A stretch of DNA of 64,000 nucleotides from Octopus sinensis. Its lineage: Eukaryota. Positions 26,153 through 36,948 of the stretch are shown here, piece by piece. The DNA lies in NCBI RefSeq assembly GCF_006345805.1, contig NC_043001.1, positions 81,530,001-81,594,000 of the forward strand. The letters are read 5' to 3'. Below the pieces are notes generated by a model, which was not told the origin of the DNA, made no database searches, and saw only the letters and a program-made list of their open reading frames with translations. A program made the position numbers and the translations under genes. Position 1 is the first letter of the stretch. The number at the start of each line of letters is the position of its first letter.

Positions 26153-26917
26153 GTAAGTTTTCTCTTTGGTGTTTGTAATGTACTATTTCTCTCTTCTTTT
26201 ATGGATGATGTCTCTTGTTTTCTTTGTTTCCTAACTTCAGTGAATTTACTGTAAATGTCAGTTGCTTGTATGATTGGCATTGTTTCATTTGCAGCTGAGC
26301 CAAACTGTTTTTTCTGTTGATGAAATGAAAGTACTAAGAATGCCCTCTGTCCCAGCCTAAAATACCGCTTAATTTCATTTGTGGGTTGTTGCTCAGATTT
26401 CGTTAGTTGTGACCCTTTGTATTCTTTAGTGTAGATATTGAGCAACCAACACTTACCTGGATATATATTTGGTGTTGGACCTGTTGCTCTTCCATTATTA
26501 CAAACTTAACAAAGGTATTATGTGCGTGTGGCTTAGTGGTTATAGTATTCAGTTCATAATCATGTGGTCATGTGTTGAATTCCCAGTGATGCATCGTTCT
26601 TGAGCAAGACACTTTATTTCACGTTGCTCCAATCCACTCAGCTGCCAAAAATGAGTAGTACCTGTATTTCAAAGGGCCGGCCTTGTCACACTGTGTCGTG
26701 CTGAATCGCCCATGAGAACTGCTTTTGTGTGGAGTGCTTAGTCAGATGCATGTTACTTTCGTAAGCAGGCTGTTCCTTTGATCAGATCAACTGGAAGCCT
26801 CATAACTGGCAGTGCCATTCAAGTCATACATATACACAGGATCTAGCAACATTTAGCAATCAGCTGTTTCTCTTGGTACCATACTTAGTTGCTATTGTCA
26901 GGTTCAGGGAGTGGAAG

Positions 26918-26965
26918 TGTCTCCAACGAGAAAGAAATACTGATTCTTGTGATGACCATCAGAAC
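26918..26965 (+). pseudogene. Family A relic in intron 4 (A8)
   Basis: TGTCTCC...AGAAAGAAATACTGATTCTTGTGATGACC; 3' half lost. Confidence 0.45.
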
Positions 26966-27509
26966 TTGCATTGTAAGTGTACCATCTCTACTTTTTGGGT
27001 GTATCTAGCAAATTTTAAACAAATTGGGTTTTTATTGTAAGTTTTTCCAAGAGATTCTTTAAACATCAGTGAAGAACTTCAGAATCTTTTGTGGCCTTTA
27101 ATATATTTTATATTTAGTGGGTTATATAACAACAATCTTTAGAGAATTGTCAAAATTAATGGTGTTAGGGAGGGCTTCCAGCCATAAGAACAATGCTAAA
27201 TCACACTGGAGTTTGGTTCTGCCCCTCAGCTCACCAGCTCTCTTCATACCGTCCAGCCCATGCCAGCATGGACAATAGGGGTTAAATGATAATGATGCTG
27301 AATGGAGTTTTCTTTTCAAAGATGGAAAAATTCTAATGATTAATAGGTAGGATATTGGGTCCAACAACCTAGGTAAGGATTGCAGTTTTTGACTTTTCTC
27401 TATCTAGTGTTGTAGCCTTGCAAGTAAAGGTACAACAATCGTGAATTCTCTATATGAATGCGAGTTTTAATGTGAGGATCTTAAAAATTAATACAAGCAC
27501 TGCTTATAG

Positions 27510-27586
27510 TGACCACTATGATGATAACTACTTCCGTGGGTCTGATTGTTTAGTGATTTGCATCTAGCCAATCCACTGAGTGGTCA
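27510..27586 (+). ncRNA. Box C/D snoRNA candidate, family B (B1, diverged)
   Basis: TGACCACT stem, ATGATGA, CTGA, GTGATTT, guide TCTAGCCAATCCA, CTGA, AGTGGTCA. Confidence 0.8.
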
Positions 27587-29391
27587 GTTAATATTTATTT
27601 TTGGCTGTTTATATACTGACATGTCTAAGACTAATACAAGCATCCTCTTTGACAGTGATCGAAATTGAAAGTTCCCATGTTGATTTTTGTTCCAAACACC
27701 AGTTGATTTATTCAATTTTCATTAACATAGTAAATTAATTGAAACAAGCACTATATTTCAACAGAATTAAGACAATGAAGGGCTCAGTGTTACGGACTTG
27801 TTTTGAATTAAAAAGTTCATTGCTTAGTCTTGAATACAACAGACCTGTTTGGGTTTTGTTTAATATATTCTTGATTTGAAGCAGATTTGGCTGTTATTTT
27901 TATTGAGTTGTAATTCTAAAATTTGTTTCGAATCAAACTGAATTAGCAATACTTGAGAATATTGATGATGTATTTTTCCACAGCATTTCTCTAATTTGTT
28001 AGTTTTACAAGAGAACTACTGAGTCTTTACAACAAAACATACCAAGTTGTGGATGGGAAGTTTGCAAGTTTTTTTTGGGTTTTTTTTCTCCATTCATTAA
28101 ACTGTGTCCATGCTGGGTCACCTCTTTGAATACATAAACACACCAGCAATGGTTGACAAGCAGTGGTGGGGTACAAACACAAAGGCACACATATATACAT
28201 ACACACACAGAGTGGCTCAGAAGTGACCTATTCCTATTAAATTTATTACTTGATGAATATTGGCCGGGTAGGTGGATGGGCTACCACGGATCCATGGAAT
28301 GGCCTGCAAAGTCCCCAGGCCTCAGTCCTCTGCACTCTTTTCTCTGGGGAGTGCTAAAAAAAAACAATTGGGTGTTCAGTGTTAGACCAAAAACTTTCAA
28401 TGATCTGGAACAGAGCATCGTAAATACATGGCAAGATATAACACCAGAGCTGTGTAAAAAAAAAAACTTACTGATTCAACTATTGAACGATGCTGTAACT
28501 GTATTGCAAATAATGATTTACATATTGAACATTTGAGGTAACCTTTAACAATAAAGAGAGAATGCAGTGGGGCTGATGCATGTAGGAGAAACTAACTTCA
28601 CAAAACACATCAACCTCCTCCCTTAACCATTTTGGGCTCAAACCAGCTATATCTGGCGAAAATATTCAATGTTTTATGTTTGTTGTGTCCAGCTTCTCAC
28701 ACCTATCCTACAATGTCTTAAAAATAAGCAGTCACCACTATGAAAATCTCAAAGCTACAAGATAATCCCTGATTAATTCAAAACAATGTGAATAAATGGG
28801 CATAACATGACTGAATAATCTGAATGCTAAAGGGTTGATATCCACTTTTTCATGTTTGTAAGGGTTGGATGGCACATGCACACACACACACACACACACA
28901 CTTTGTTCAGTTTCTGTCTACCAAGCTCACTCAAGAGACTTTGCTTAACTCTGGACTATAGTAGACACTTCATGATGGTGCATCAGTGGACTGAACCCAA
29001 GACCACATGGTTGGTAGACAAACTATTTTAAAACCTTGTTCTAATACACATATAAAGGGGTAATGGGTAAAAAAAAAAAAACACAACCCTTCAGTAATGA
29101 ATGACCATACGATTGCACTTCAAATATTATCCTCCGAGGCAGATGCCTGGGCAACGTCGTTTATGGAAGATCAGCAGTCACCAATGCATACTAGCCTCTT
29201 CTCTCCATGACAGTGATGTTATCCAAGGGTGAAGCAAAGTCCGGAAAAGCTTGACGCCAGTTATGTCACAACTCGTTTCTACAGCTGAGTGAACTGGAGC
29301 GACGTAGAATAAAGGGTCTTGCTCAAGAACATAGTACATAGTCCAGTCTGGGAATTGAACTCACTATCTCCTGATTGTAAGCGCAATGCTC

Positions 29392-29462
29392 TGACCACTA
29401 TGATGAAAATTTTGTCCGTCAGATTGTTTGTGATTGTATCTAGCCAATCCACTGAGTGGTCA
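29392..29462 (+). ncRNA. Box C/D snoRNA candidate, family B (B2)
   Basis: C and D boxes, stem and D guide intact; D' region altered. Confidence 0.7.
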
Positions 29463-30044
29463 AATTTGTGTGCACAAGACTTATTTTTTATAGCCAGGAA
29501 GATTCTACATCTTTGTTTTGATATAGTGTGGAGATGGTCATTATATTTGTTCAATTTTGCTATTAGTCATTAAAATATATTTGAGATTTCCCCTGTCTCT
29601 TTTGTTAGGGTTTGCATCTCTTTTTTTTTTTTCATGCTGGCATGGATTATATGAATTTTGTTGGCAGATTTTTGTCTGCCAAGAGAATTGGCGAGACTTA
29701 GCAATGGTGGTTACCAACAGTTAGTACTAGGTTTGCTCTTTCACAATGATTTACTCAAAGGGATTTTCAGTCGCTTATTCCTATTGTTTGTGGAGCGGTT
29801 CTTAATATTTAAGACATGACATTCTTCTACAAATGCTACAAACATTACATAGTACAAGGGCCATATATTATTCACTTGTGCGTTATAAATGGAATCTGGC
29901 CACCATCTGTGTGACTTTGGTTTACAGTAATGAATATAATATTAATTCCTTGACCACCTGCAAGATTTAAGCCCTTCTCACCATAGCTCATTTGCTAGTG
30001 TTGTTACTTGTTCCCCTTTATTAACTTCAACTAACTGATCTGAC

Positions 30045-30119
30045 TGACCACTATGATGAAAACTTCTTCCGTGGCTCTGATTGTTTGTGATTGTATCTAG
30101 CCAATCCACTGAGTGATCA
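30045..30119 (+). ncRNA. Box C/D snoRNA candidate, family B (B3)
   Basis: All boxes intact; one substitution in the 3' stem. Confidence 0.8.
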
Positions 30120-30760
30120 AATTTATATACACATGGTAGGGAAATATCTTGTATCTTTCTTTTGATATAAGAACGGTTGTTACATTAGTTATAGGCTGAT
30201 AAACTGTGAGATAATAAAATAATTTAAATGAATTGTTTTAGGTAGATTTTTTTGATGGCTTTATCTGAGATATATCTGGGAGTACAGGGTTATTTGTACG
30301 AGGTCAAATGACTGCCAACAGTTTTTATAATTGAATCTTTCATTAGTCCAAGTTATAATGTGCCATTTTTTGTTTGCTTAAAGGAAAGGCTGGCTTGGAG
30401 ATATTGGCAGAGGAGATATTCATTCCTCTTTATTAGCAATGTATAGACGTCAGAAATTATTAAAGACACCTGTTAGGCATCTTTGATGTTTATATACTGC
30501 AGATCTAATAGATATATTCAAAAGGAATTTTCAATCCCTTGTTCCAATTATTTTTGGACAAGATCTTGACAAATTTTCCTTCTCTTTCTACAAACTATAT
30601 GAAAAAGGTACTTTAATTCAACCAGGATATTGCAACAAGGGGGCCAAATATACTCATTTGTGCATTGTATGCTCCTCAATCTAAATGCAATTTATCCATG
30701 TGACTTTTATTTACAGTAATGAGTATAATATTAATTCCAACATCAACTAACTGATCTGAC

Positions 30761-30835
30761 TGACCACTATGATGAAAACTTCTTCCGTGGCTCTGATTGT
30801 TTGTGATTGTATCTAGCCAATCCACTGAGTGGTCA
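30761..30835 (+). ncRNA. Box C/D snoRNA candidate, family B (B4)
   Basis: 75 nt, canonical C and D boxes, 8-bp terminal stem. Confidence 0.85.
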
Positions 30836-31515
30836 AATTTATATACACATGGTAGGGAAATATCTTATGTCTTTTTGATATAGTGCAGGAGTGATTGTTA
30901 TGTCAGTTGTAGGCTGGTAAACTATGAGGTAATAAAATCTATTTAGAGCTTCTTGTATCTTATGTCTGTTTAATTATTGTTAATCAGTAAAATGTATCTG
31001 GGATTTCTATCTCTTTTGTAATGTTTGTTAGGTCTAATGTCTTATATGAATTTTTTTTTGACAGCCTGATGGCTTTATCCGGGGCATAATATAATATATC
31101 AAGAAGCACTGGATTATTTGTACGAGGTCAAGTAACTACCAAGGGTCTTAATAATTTAATTTTCCATCGGTCTAAGTTATGATGTCCCATTTTTTGTTAG
31201 ATCCCTTCTTCCAATTATTTTTGGACAGGAACTTGACAAATTTTTCTACTTTCTACCAGCTTTACATAATCATGTTGAAAAAGCTACTGTAATTCAACAT
31301 GGATATTGTAACAAAGGGGTCAAATATACTCATTTGTGCATTATATGCTCCTCAATCTAAATGCAATCTATCCCCATCTGTGTGACTTTGGTTTTCAGTA
31401 ATGAGTATAATATTAATTCCTTGACCACCTGCAAGATTTAAGCCCTTCTCACCATAGCTCATTTGCCAGTGTTGTTACGTGTTCCTCTTTATTAACTTCA
31501 ACTAACTGATTTGAC

Positions 31516-31590
31516 TGACCACTATGATGAAAACTTCTTCCGTGGCTCTGATTGTTTGTGATTGTATCTAGCCAATCCACTGAGTGGTCA
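31516..31590 (+). ncRNA. Box C/D snoRNA candidate, family B (B5)
   Basis: Identical to B4. Confidence 0.85.
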
Positions 31591-32174
31591 AATTTATATA
31601 CACATGGTAGGAAAATATCTTGTATCTTTCTTTTGATATAAAAATGGTTGTTACATTAGTTATAGGCTGATAAACTGTGAGGTAACAAAATAATTTAAAT
31701 GAATTGTTTTGGGTAGATTTTTTTGATGGCCTGATGGCTTTATCTGAGACATATCTAGGAGCACAGGGTTATTTGTACGGGGTCAAATGACTGCCAACAG
31801 TTTTTATAATTGAATCTTCCATTAGTCCAAGTTATAATGTGCCATTTTTTGTTTGCTTAAAGGAAAGGCTGGCTTGGAGATATTCATTACTCTTTATTAG
31901 CAATGTATGGACATCAGAAGTTGGGCATCTTTGATGTTTATATACTGCAGATCTAATAAATATTTTCAATCTCTTGTTCCAATTATTTTTGGACAGGTAC
32001 TTGACCAATTTTCCTTCTACTCTTTCTACAAACTATATGAAGGAGGTACTGTAATTCAACCAGGATATTGCAACAAGGGGGCCAAATATACTCATTTGTG
32101 CATTGTATGCTCCTCAATCTAAATGCAATTTATCCATGTGGCTTTTAATTCCAACTTCAACTAACTGATCTGAC

Positions 32175-32249
32175 TGACCACTATGATGAAAACTTCTTCC
32201 GTGGCTCTGATTGTTTGTGATTGTATCTAGCCAATCCACTGAGTGGTCA
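32175..32249 (+). ncRNA. Box C/D snoRNA candidate, family B (B6)
   Basis: Identical to B4. Confidence 0.85.
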
Positions 32250-32920
32250 AATTTATATACACATGGTAGGGAAATATCTTGTGTCTTTTTGATATAGTGC
32301 AGGAGTGATTGTTATGTCAGTTGTAGGCTGGTAAACTATGAGGTAATAAAATCTATTTAGAGCTTCTTGTATCTTATGTCTGTTTAATTATTGTTAATCA
32401 GTAAAATGCATCTGGGATTTCTATCTCTTTTGTAATGTTTGTTAGGTCTAATGTCTTATATGAATTTTTTTTTTGACAGCCTGATGGCTTTATCCGGGGC
32501 ATAATATAATATATCAAGAAGCACTGGATTATTTGTACGAGGTCAAGTAACTACCAAGGGTCTTAATAATTTAATTTTCCATCGGTCCAAATTATGATGT
32601 GCCATTTTTTGTTAGATCCCTTGTTCCAATTATTTTTGGACAGGAACTTGACAAATTTTTCTACTTTCTACCAGCTTTACATAACCATGTTGAAAAAGCT
32701 ACTGTAATTCAACACGGATATTGTAACAAAGGGGTCAAATATACTCATATGCTCCTCAATCTAAATGCAATCTATCCCCATCTGTGTGACTTTGGTTTAC
32801 AGTAATGAGTATAATATTAATTCCTTGACCACCTGCAAGATTTAAGCCCTTCTCACCATAGCCCATTTGCCAGTGTTGTTATGTGTTCCTCTTTTATTAA
32901 CTTCAACTAACTGATCTGAC

Positions 32921-32995
32921 TGACCACTATGATGAAAACTTCTTCCGTGGCTCTGATTGTTTGTGATTGTATCTAGCCAATCCACTGAGTGGTCA
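32921..32995 (+). ncRNA. Box C/D snoRNA candidate, family B (B7)
   Basis: Identical to B4. Confidence 0.85.
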
Positions 32996-33716
32996 AATTT
33001 ATATACACATGGTAGGGAAATATCTTGTATCTTTCTTTTGATATAAAAATGGTTGTTACTTTAGTTATAGGCTGATAAACTGTGAGGTAACAAAATAATT
33101 TAAATGAATTGTTTTAGGTAAATTCTTTTGATGGCCTGATGGCTTTATCTGAGACATATATCTAGGAGCACAGGGTTATTTGTACGAGGTCAAATGACTG
33201 CCAACAGTTTTTATAATTGAATCTTCCATTAGTCCAAGTTATAATGTGCCATTTTTTGTTTGCTTAAAGGAAAGGCTGGCTTGGAGATATTCATTGCTCT
33301 TTATTAGCAATGTACGGACGTCAGAAATTATTAAAGACACCTGTTAGGCATCTTTGATGTTTATATACTGCAGATCTAATAGATATATTCAAAAGGAATT
33401 TTCAATCCCTTGTTCCAATTATTTTTGGACAGGAACGTGACAAATTTTTCTACTTTCTACCAGCTTTACATAACCATGTTGAAAAAGCTACTGTAATTCA
33501 ACACGGATATTGTAACAAAGGGGTCAAATATACTCATTTGTGCATTGTATGCTCCTCAATCTAAATGCAATCTATACCTATCTGTGTGACTTTGGTTTAC
33601 AGTAATGAGTATAGTAATTCCTTGACCACCTGCAAGGTTTAAGCCCTTCTCACCATAGCCCATTTGCCAGTGTTGTTACGTGTTCCTCTTTATTAACTTC
33701 AACTAACTGATTTGAC

Positions 33717-33791
33717 TGACCACTATGATGAAAACTTCTTCCGTGGCTCTGATTGTTTGTGATTGTATCTAGCCAATCCACTGAGTGGTCA
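33717..33791 (+). ncRNA. Box C/D snoRNA candidate, family B (B8)
   Basis: Identical to B4; 3' flank unrelated to the repeat units. Confidence 0.85.
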
Positions 33792-34827
33792 AGTGTGTTT
33801 GCATTGGTCTTAATTTTTAGAGCAAGGAAATTTCCTTGTTGTGAAGTTGTTTGTGCATCGGTATGCTGCAGAAATGGTTATTACATTGAGGTAATACATT
33901 ATATTTAGGGCTTCTCTGGTATTTATCTGTTCCATTCAGTTTTACTGTTTATAACAGAAGCCTTAAATTTTATAATGTTGTGTATGTTCATTAAGTTTAC
34001 CTCTTCAGGATTCAGATAATTTTGGCAACTGTTATACTTTTTATTACATTGTTTTCAATCAATCGTGCATTATTTAATAGCTTCAGGATTTCGATGCTGT
34101 GGTTGTTTGTGTTTAGAATGACATTATTAGGTCAGTATGAGGCTAAATCCAGCTGGTTTGATAAAACAAGTAGAATATTTGATCCAGGTGTGGCCGGTTT
34201 AAATATTGAGATTACAGCTGGGTTATTGAGTGTTCATCAAAGGACAACAATAAATGCCTTGAGGGAACTTGCACACTTGTCTTTGTGCTTTTTTTTTTTT
34301 TTTTTTCCTCCAGATGGCAGAATGGCAATTATCAGAGCATTGTATAGAATGCTTAATGCTATTTCTTCAGCATCCCTATGCTCTCTCTCTCAGGTTCAAA
34401 TTGCATCTGTGTGCACCAATGTGTATGTTGGTGGAGGACATTACTCATTGGTGCTGTGGCAAATGAGATAAAATCTACTTTGATTCTTAGCTCACTTAAA
34501 TATCCTGAATATTTTTTATACTAATCTGTCTCTTGTATGGGATAGTTGCACCAACTGAACTATCACTTACAACCCTTTCAGCTTTCTGTCAAACACCTTT
34601 GAATTTTTAGGCTTTTTATGCTACTGTGGTTTCAAGCCTTTTTGGCATGAGCAATCTCGTGCTTAAAAAAGTAGTCGGGGTTGCCTGCAGTTTTTATACA
34701 TGATTTCTTTTTCAATGGTGGTTTGTGACTTGTGTGATATTTAGCTGCTACTTTCTCGTTTACAGCTGTTCAAATAAAGTTCTATGGTAATATTATCTTG
34801 TACTGAGTGCCTGCTTTGTCTTTCCAG

Positions 34828-34951
34828 ATCTGTGCTCTGAAGATGACAGACCAAGCTCGCGCTAGAGTTCTTAAGAGCGAGGGTGAGATTTTGACTTTTG
34901 ACCAGTTGGCAATGATAGCACCCAAGGGCAGACATACCTCCCTGCTACAGG
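34828..34951 (+). CDS. RPL18: RPL18 exon 5
   Basis: [41 protein letters not shown]; CAG/GTAAGT. Confidence 0.97.
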
Positions 34952-35073
34952 GTAAGTATATTTTAATATTTGGTTCTGTTCTCTTGTGATGACCTGGTAA
35001 CATAAATTTGATAATAATAATAACACAAGCTTAAGAATTGGCTCGTTACTGTTTCGACTCTTTCTTTTTGCAG

Positions 35074-35143
35074 GACGTCGTAAAGGCCGCAAGGTTTATC
35101 GCCATTTCGGTCCGGCACCTGGTGTTCCCCACAGTCACACTAA
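35074..35143 (+). CDS. RPL18: RPL18 exon 6
   Basis: (G)[22 protein letters not shown](K); CAG/GTAAGT; splice phases consistent. Confidence 0.97.
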
Positions 35144-35521
35144 GTAAGTATCTTGTTTTGTTTTCCTTTTACCCTACTACCCTCTGGTGTTAGCTACCTC
35201 TTTCTGAGGCTTCCACTGAGTGATTAACATACTTTTAACTCTCTGCTGTGACTCAAGTACAACTTGGGGACAATATATACTAGATTTGATAAATTTATTT
35301 CTGTTACTGAAGCTGTCCTATTGGTGATGGCATAGAGCTGTGTAAAGTTATCTAAAATTGATTTGTCTCAAACACCAGCTTAATTCATTTACACCAATCA
35401 AAAGTTTAGGTGACTACCTACACAGCAGCTGTACCTGTATATTAGGTTGATTTTGATTAAAATATAATGATGGTGGTTTAGTTATGTTTTTGTAATCCCT
35501 TTCATCAATTCTTTCTTTCAG

Positions 35522-35597
35522 GCCATATGTACGTTCTAAAGGCCGAAAATTTGAACGGGCTCGGGGTCGCAGGAAGAGCAGAGGTTTCAAGAACTAA
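35522..35597 (+). CDS. RPL18: RPL18 exon 7 with stop codon
   Basis: PYVRSKGRKFERARGRRKSRGFKN*; joined ORF is 187 aa. Confidence 0.97.
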
Positions 35598-35619
35598 TTC
35601 TGTATTGGTTTGTTTCCAA

Positions 35620-35699
35620 AGTAAAATAACTCTAAAGTATTCGGTTGCTTTTGTTTTTTATTCCTTTTTGAGGAGTGTCCATCAAAGGACAACAATAAA
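35620..35699 (+). terminator. Candidate RPL18 poly(A) signals
   Basis: AGTAAA at 35620-35625 followed by a U-rich tract; AATAAA at 35694-35699. Confidence 0.45.
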
Positions 35700-36948
35700 T
35701 GCCTTGAGGGAACTTGTACACTTGTCTTCGTGCTTTTTTATTTATTTTTTTTTTTTCCGGGTGGCAAAATGGCAATTATCAGAGCATTGTATAGAATGCT
35801 TAATGATATTTCTTCAGCATCCCTCTTTCTCAGGTTCAAATTGCATCTGTGTGCACCAATGTGTATGTTAGTGGAGGACATTACTCATTGGTGCTGTGGC
35901 AAATGAGATAAAATCCACTTTGATTCTTAGCTCACTTAAATATCCTGTATTAGTCTCTAAGACTAATACAAATATCCATGGAAGATACTGGTGCCATGCA
36001 ACTGGCATGTAAAAGCACCCATTTGTGGAGTGGTTGGTGTTAAGGACATCCAGCCATGCCAAATCAGATGGTCATGTCATGCCAGCATGGGCAATACATG
36101 TTAAATAATAATTCAAACTAGCCATATCTATCTGGTCAGAATATTTACCCCTTTTGTTACCAAGCCGCCTGAAAAAAATTTTGGTTCATGTGACCAAGCC
36201 GCCCAAAACCGTCCGTAATTACTTATTCATATTTAAATGAGAATATCAGAGCAAATTCTCTTTAGTACATTCGTGAAACTTCGTAAAAAGTTCATCTACA
36301 GTTTTGTACAACGATCAAAGTGTAATTTTAATTGCGTGAATTTTGGGGGATTTTTTCCCCAAATTTGTTCCTATTGTGTTTTCAAAATTTGTAATTCTGA
36401 CAAAAAATGGATACGAATTTCATTATATCAAGCAGTGAGTCAGAATTCGAAGGATTTTCTACTGAAGACCTTGATAAATCTAACTCTATGACTGATAAAA
36501 AAAAAAAAAGCATGTGGTATTTGATAATGAATCCAATGTTTCATTTTCCGAAAATGAAAGCAGTGAATCCGAGAGCTCCGACAGCGATAAAGAAAATGAA
36601 TTGGCACCTGAATGGAGTGAAAATTTAAAAACTGTTTCTTTCAGTGATTTTTCTGAAGAAGCTGGACCAAGCCACAGTCTTTCCCAGGAGAGTAAAGCCT
36701 TATACTATTTCTTTTTACTTTTTCGAATGAGCCTATTTGAAATCATTACGGCGGAAACGAACCGTTAGCCTAAGTGTAAACAAAGCGAAAGAGAGGATAG
36801 TTTGTAGTTTCCCACTGCCTTAAATGAAATTAAGGCCTATTTTGCCATAAATATTATGGTTATCAGAAAATTAGGGCGGAAACGAACCATTACGCTAAAT
36901 GTAAACAAAGCGAAAGAAAGGATAGTTTGTGGTTTCCTACAGCCTTAA

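Larger units (their letters stand above)
29780..33800 (+). repeat. Tandem array of ~660-800 bp units with X-Y-X-Y-X higher-order structure
   Basis: snoRNA start spacings 716, 755, 659, 746 and 796 bp; two alternating flank types. Confidence 0.9.

Noticed and set aside
31200-31320. Hairpin followed by ACA in the repeat units, as an H/ACA snoRNA
   Set aside because: Almost no pseudouridylation pocket and no clear H box; stem poorly kept between unit types
27510-33791. Naming family B as a known SNORD homolog (e.g. U34 or U50)
   Set aside because: As recalled, those guides pair with neighbouring but different LSU positions; no Rfam search was possible
29780-33800. Repeat-spacer look resembling a CRISPR array
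   Set aside because: Eukaryotic intron; the spacers are themselves repeated and ~700 bp long; the repeats carry C/D boxes; no cas genes
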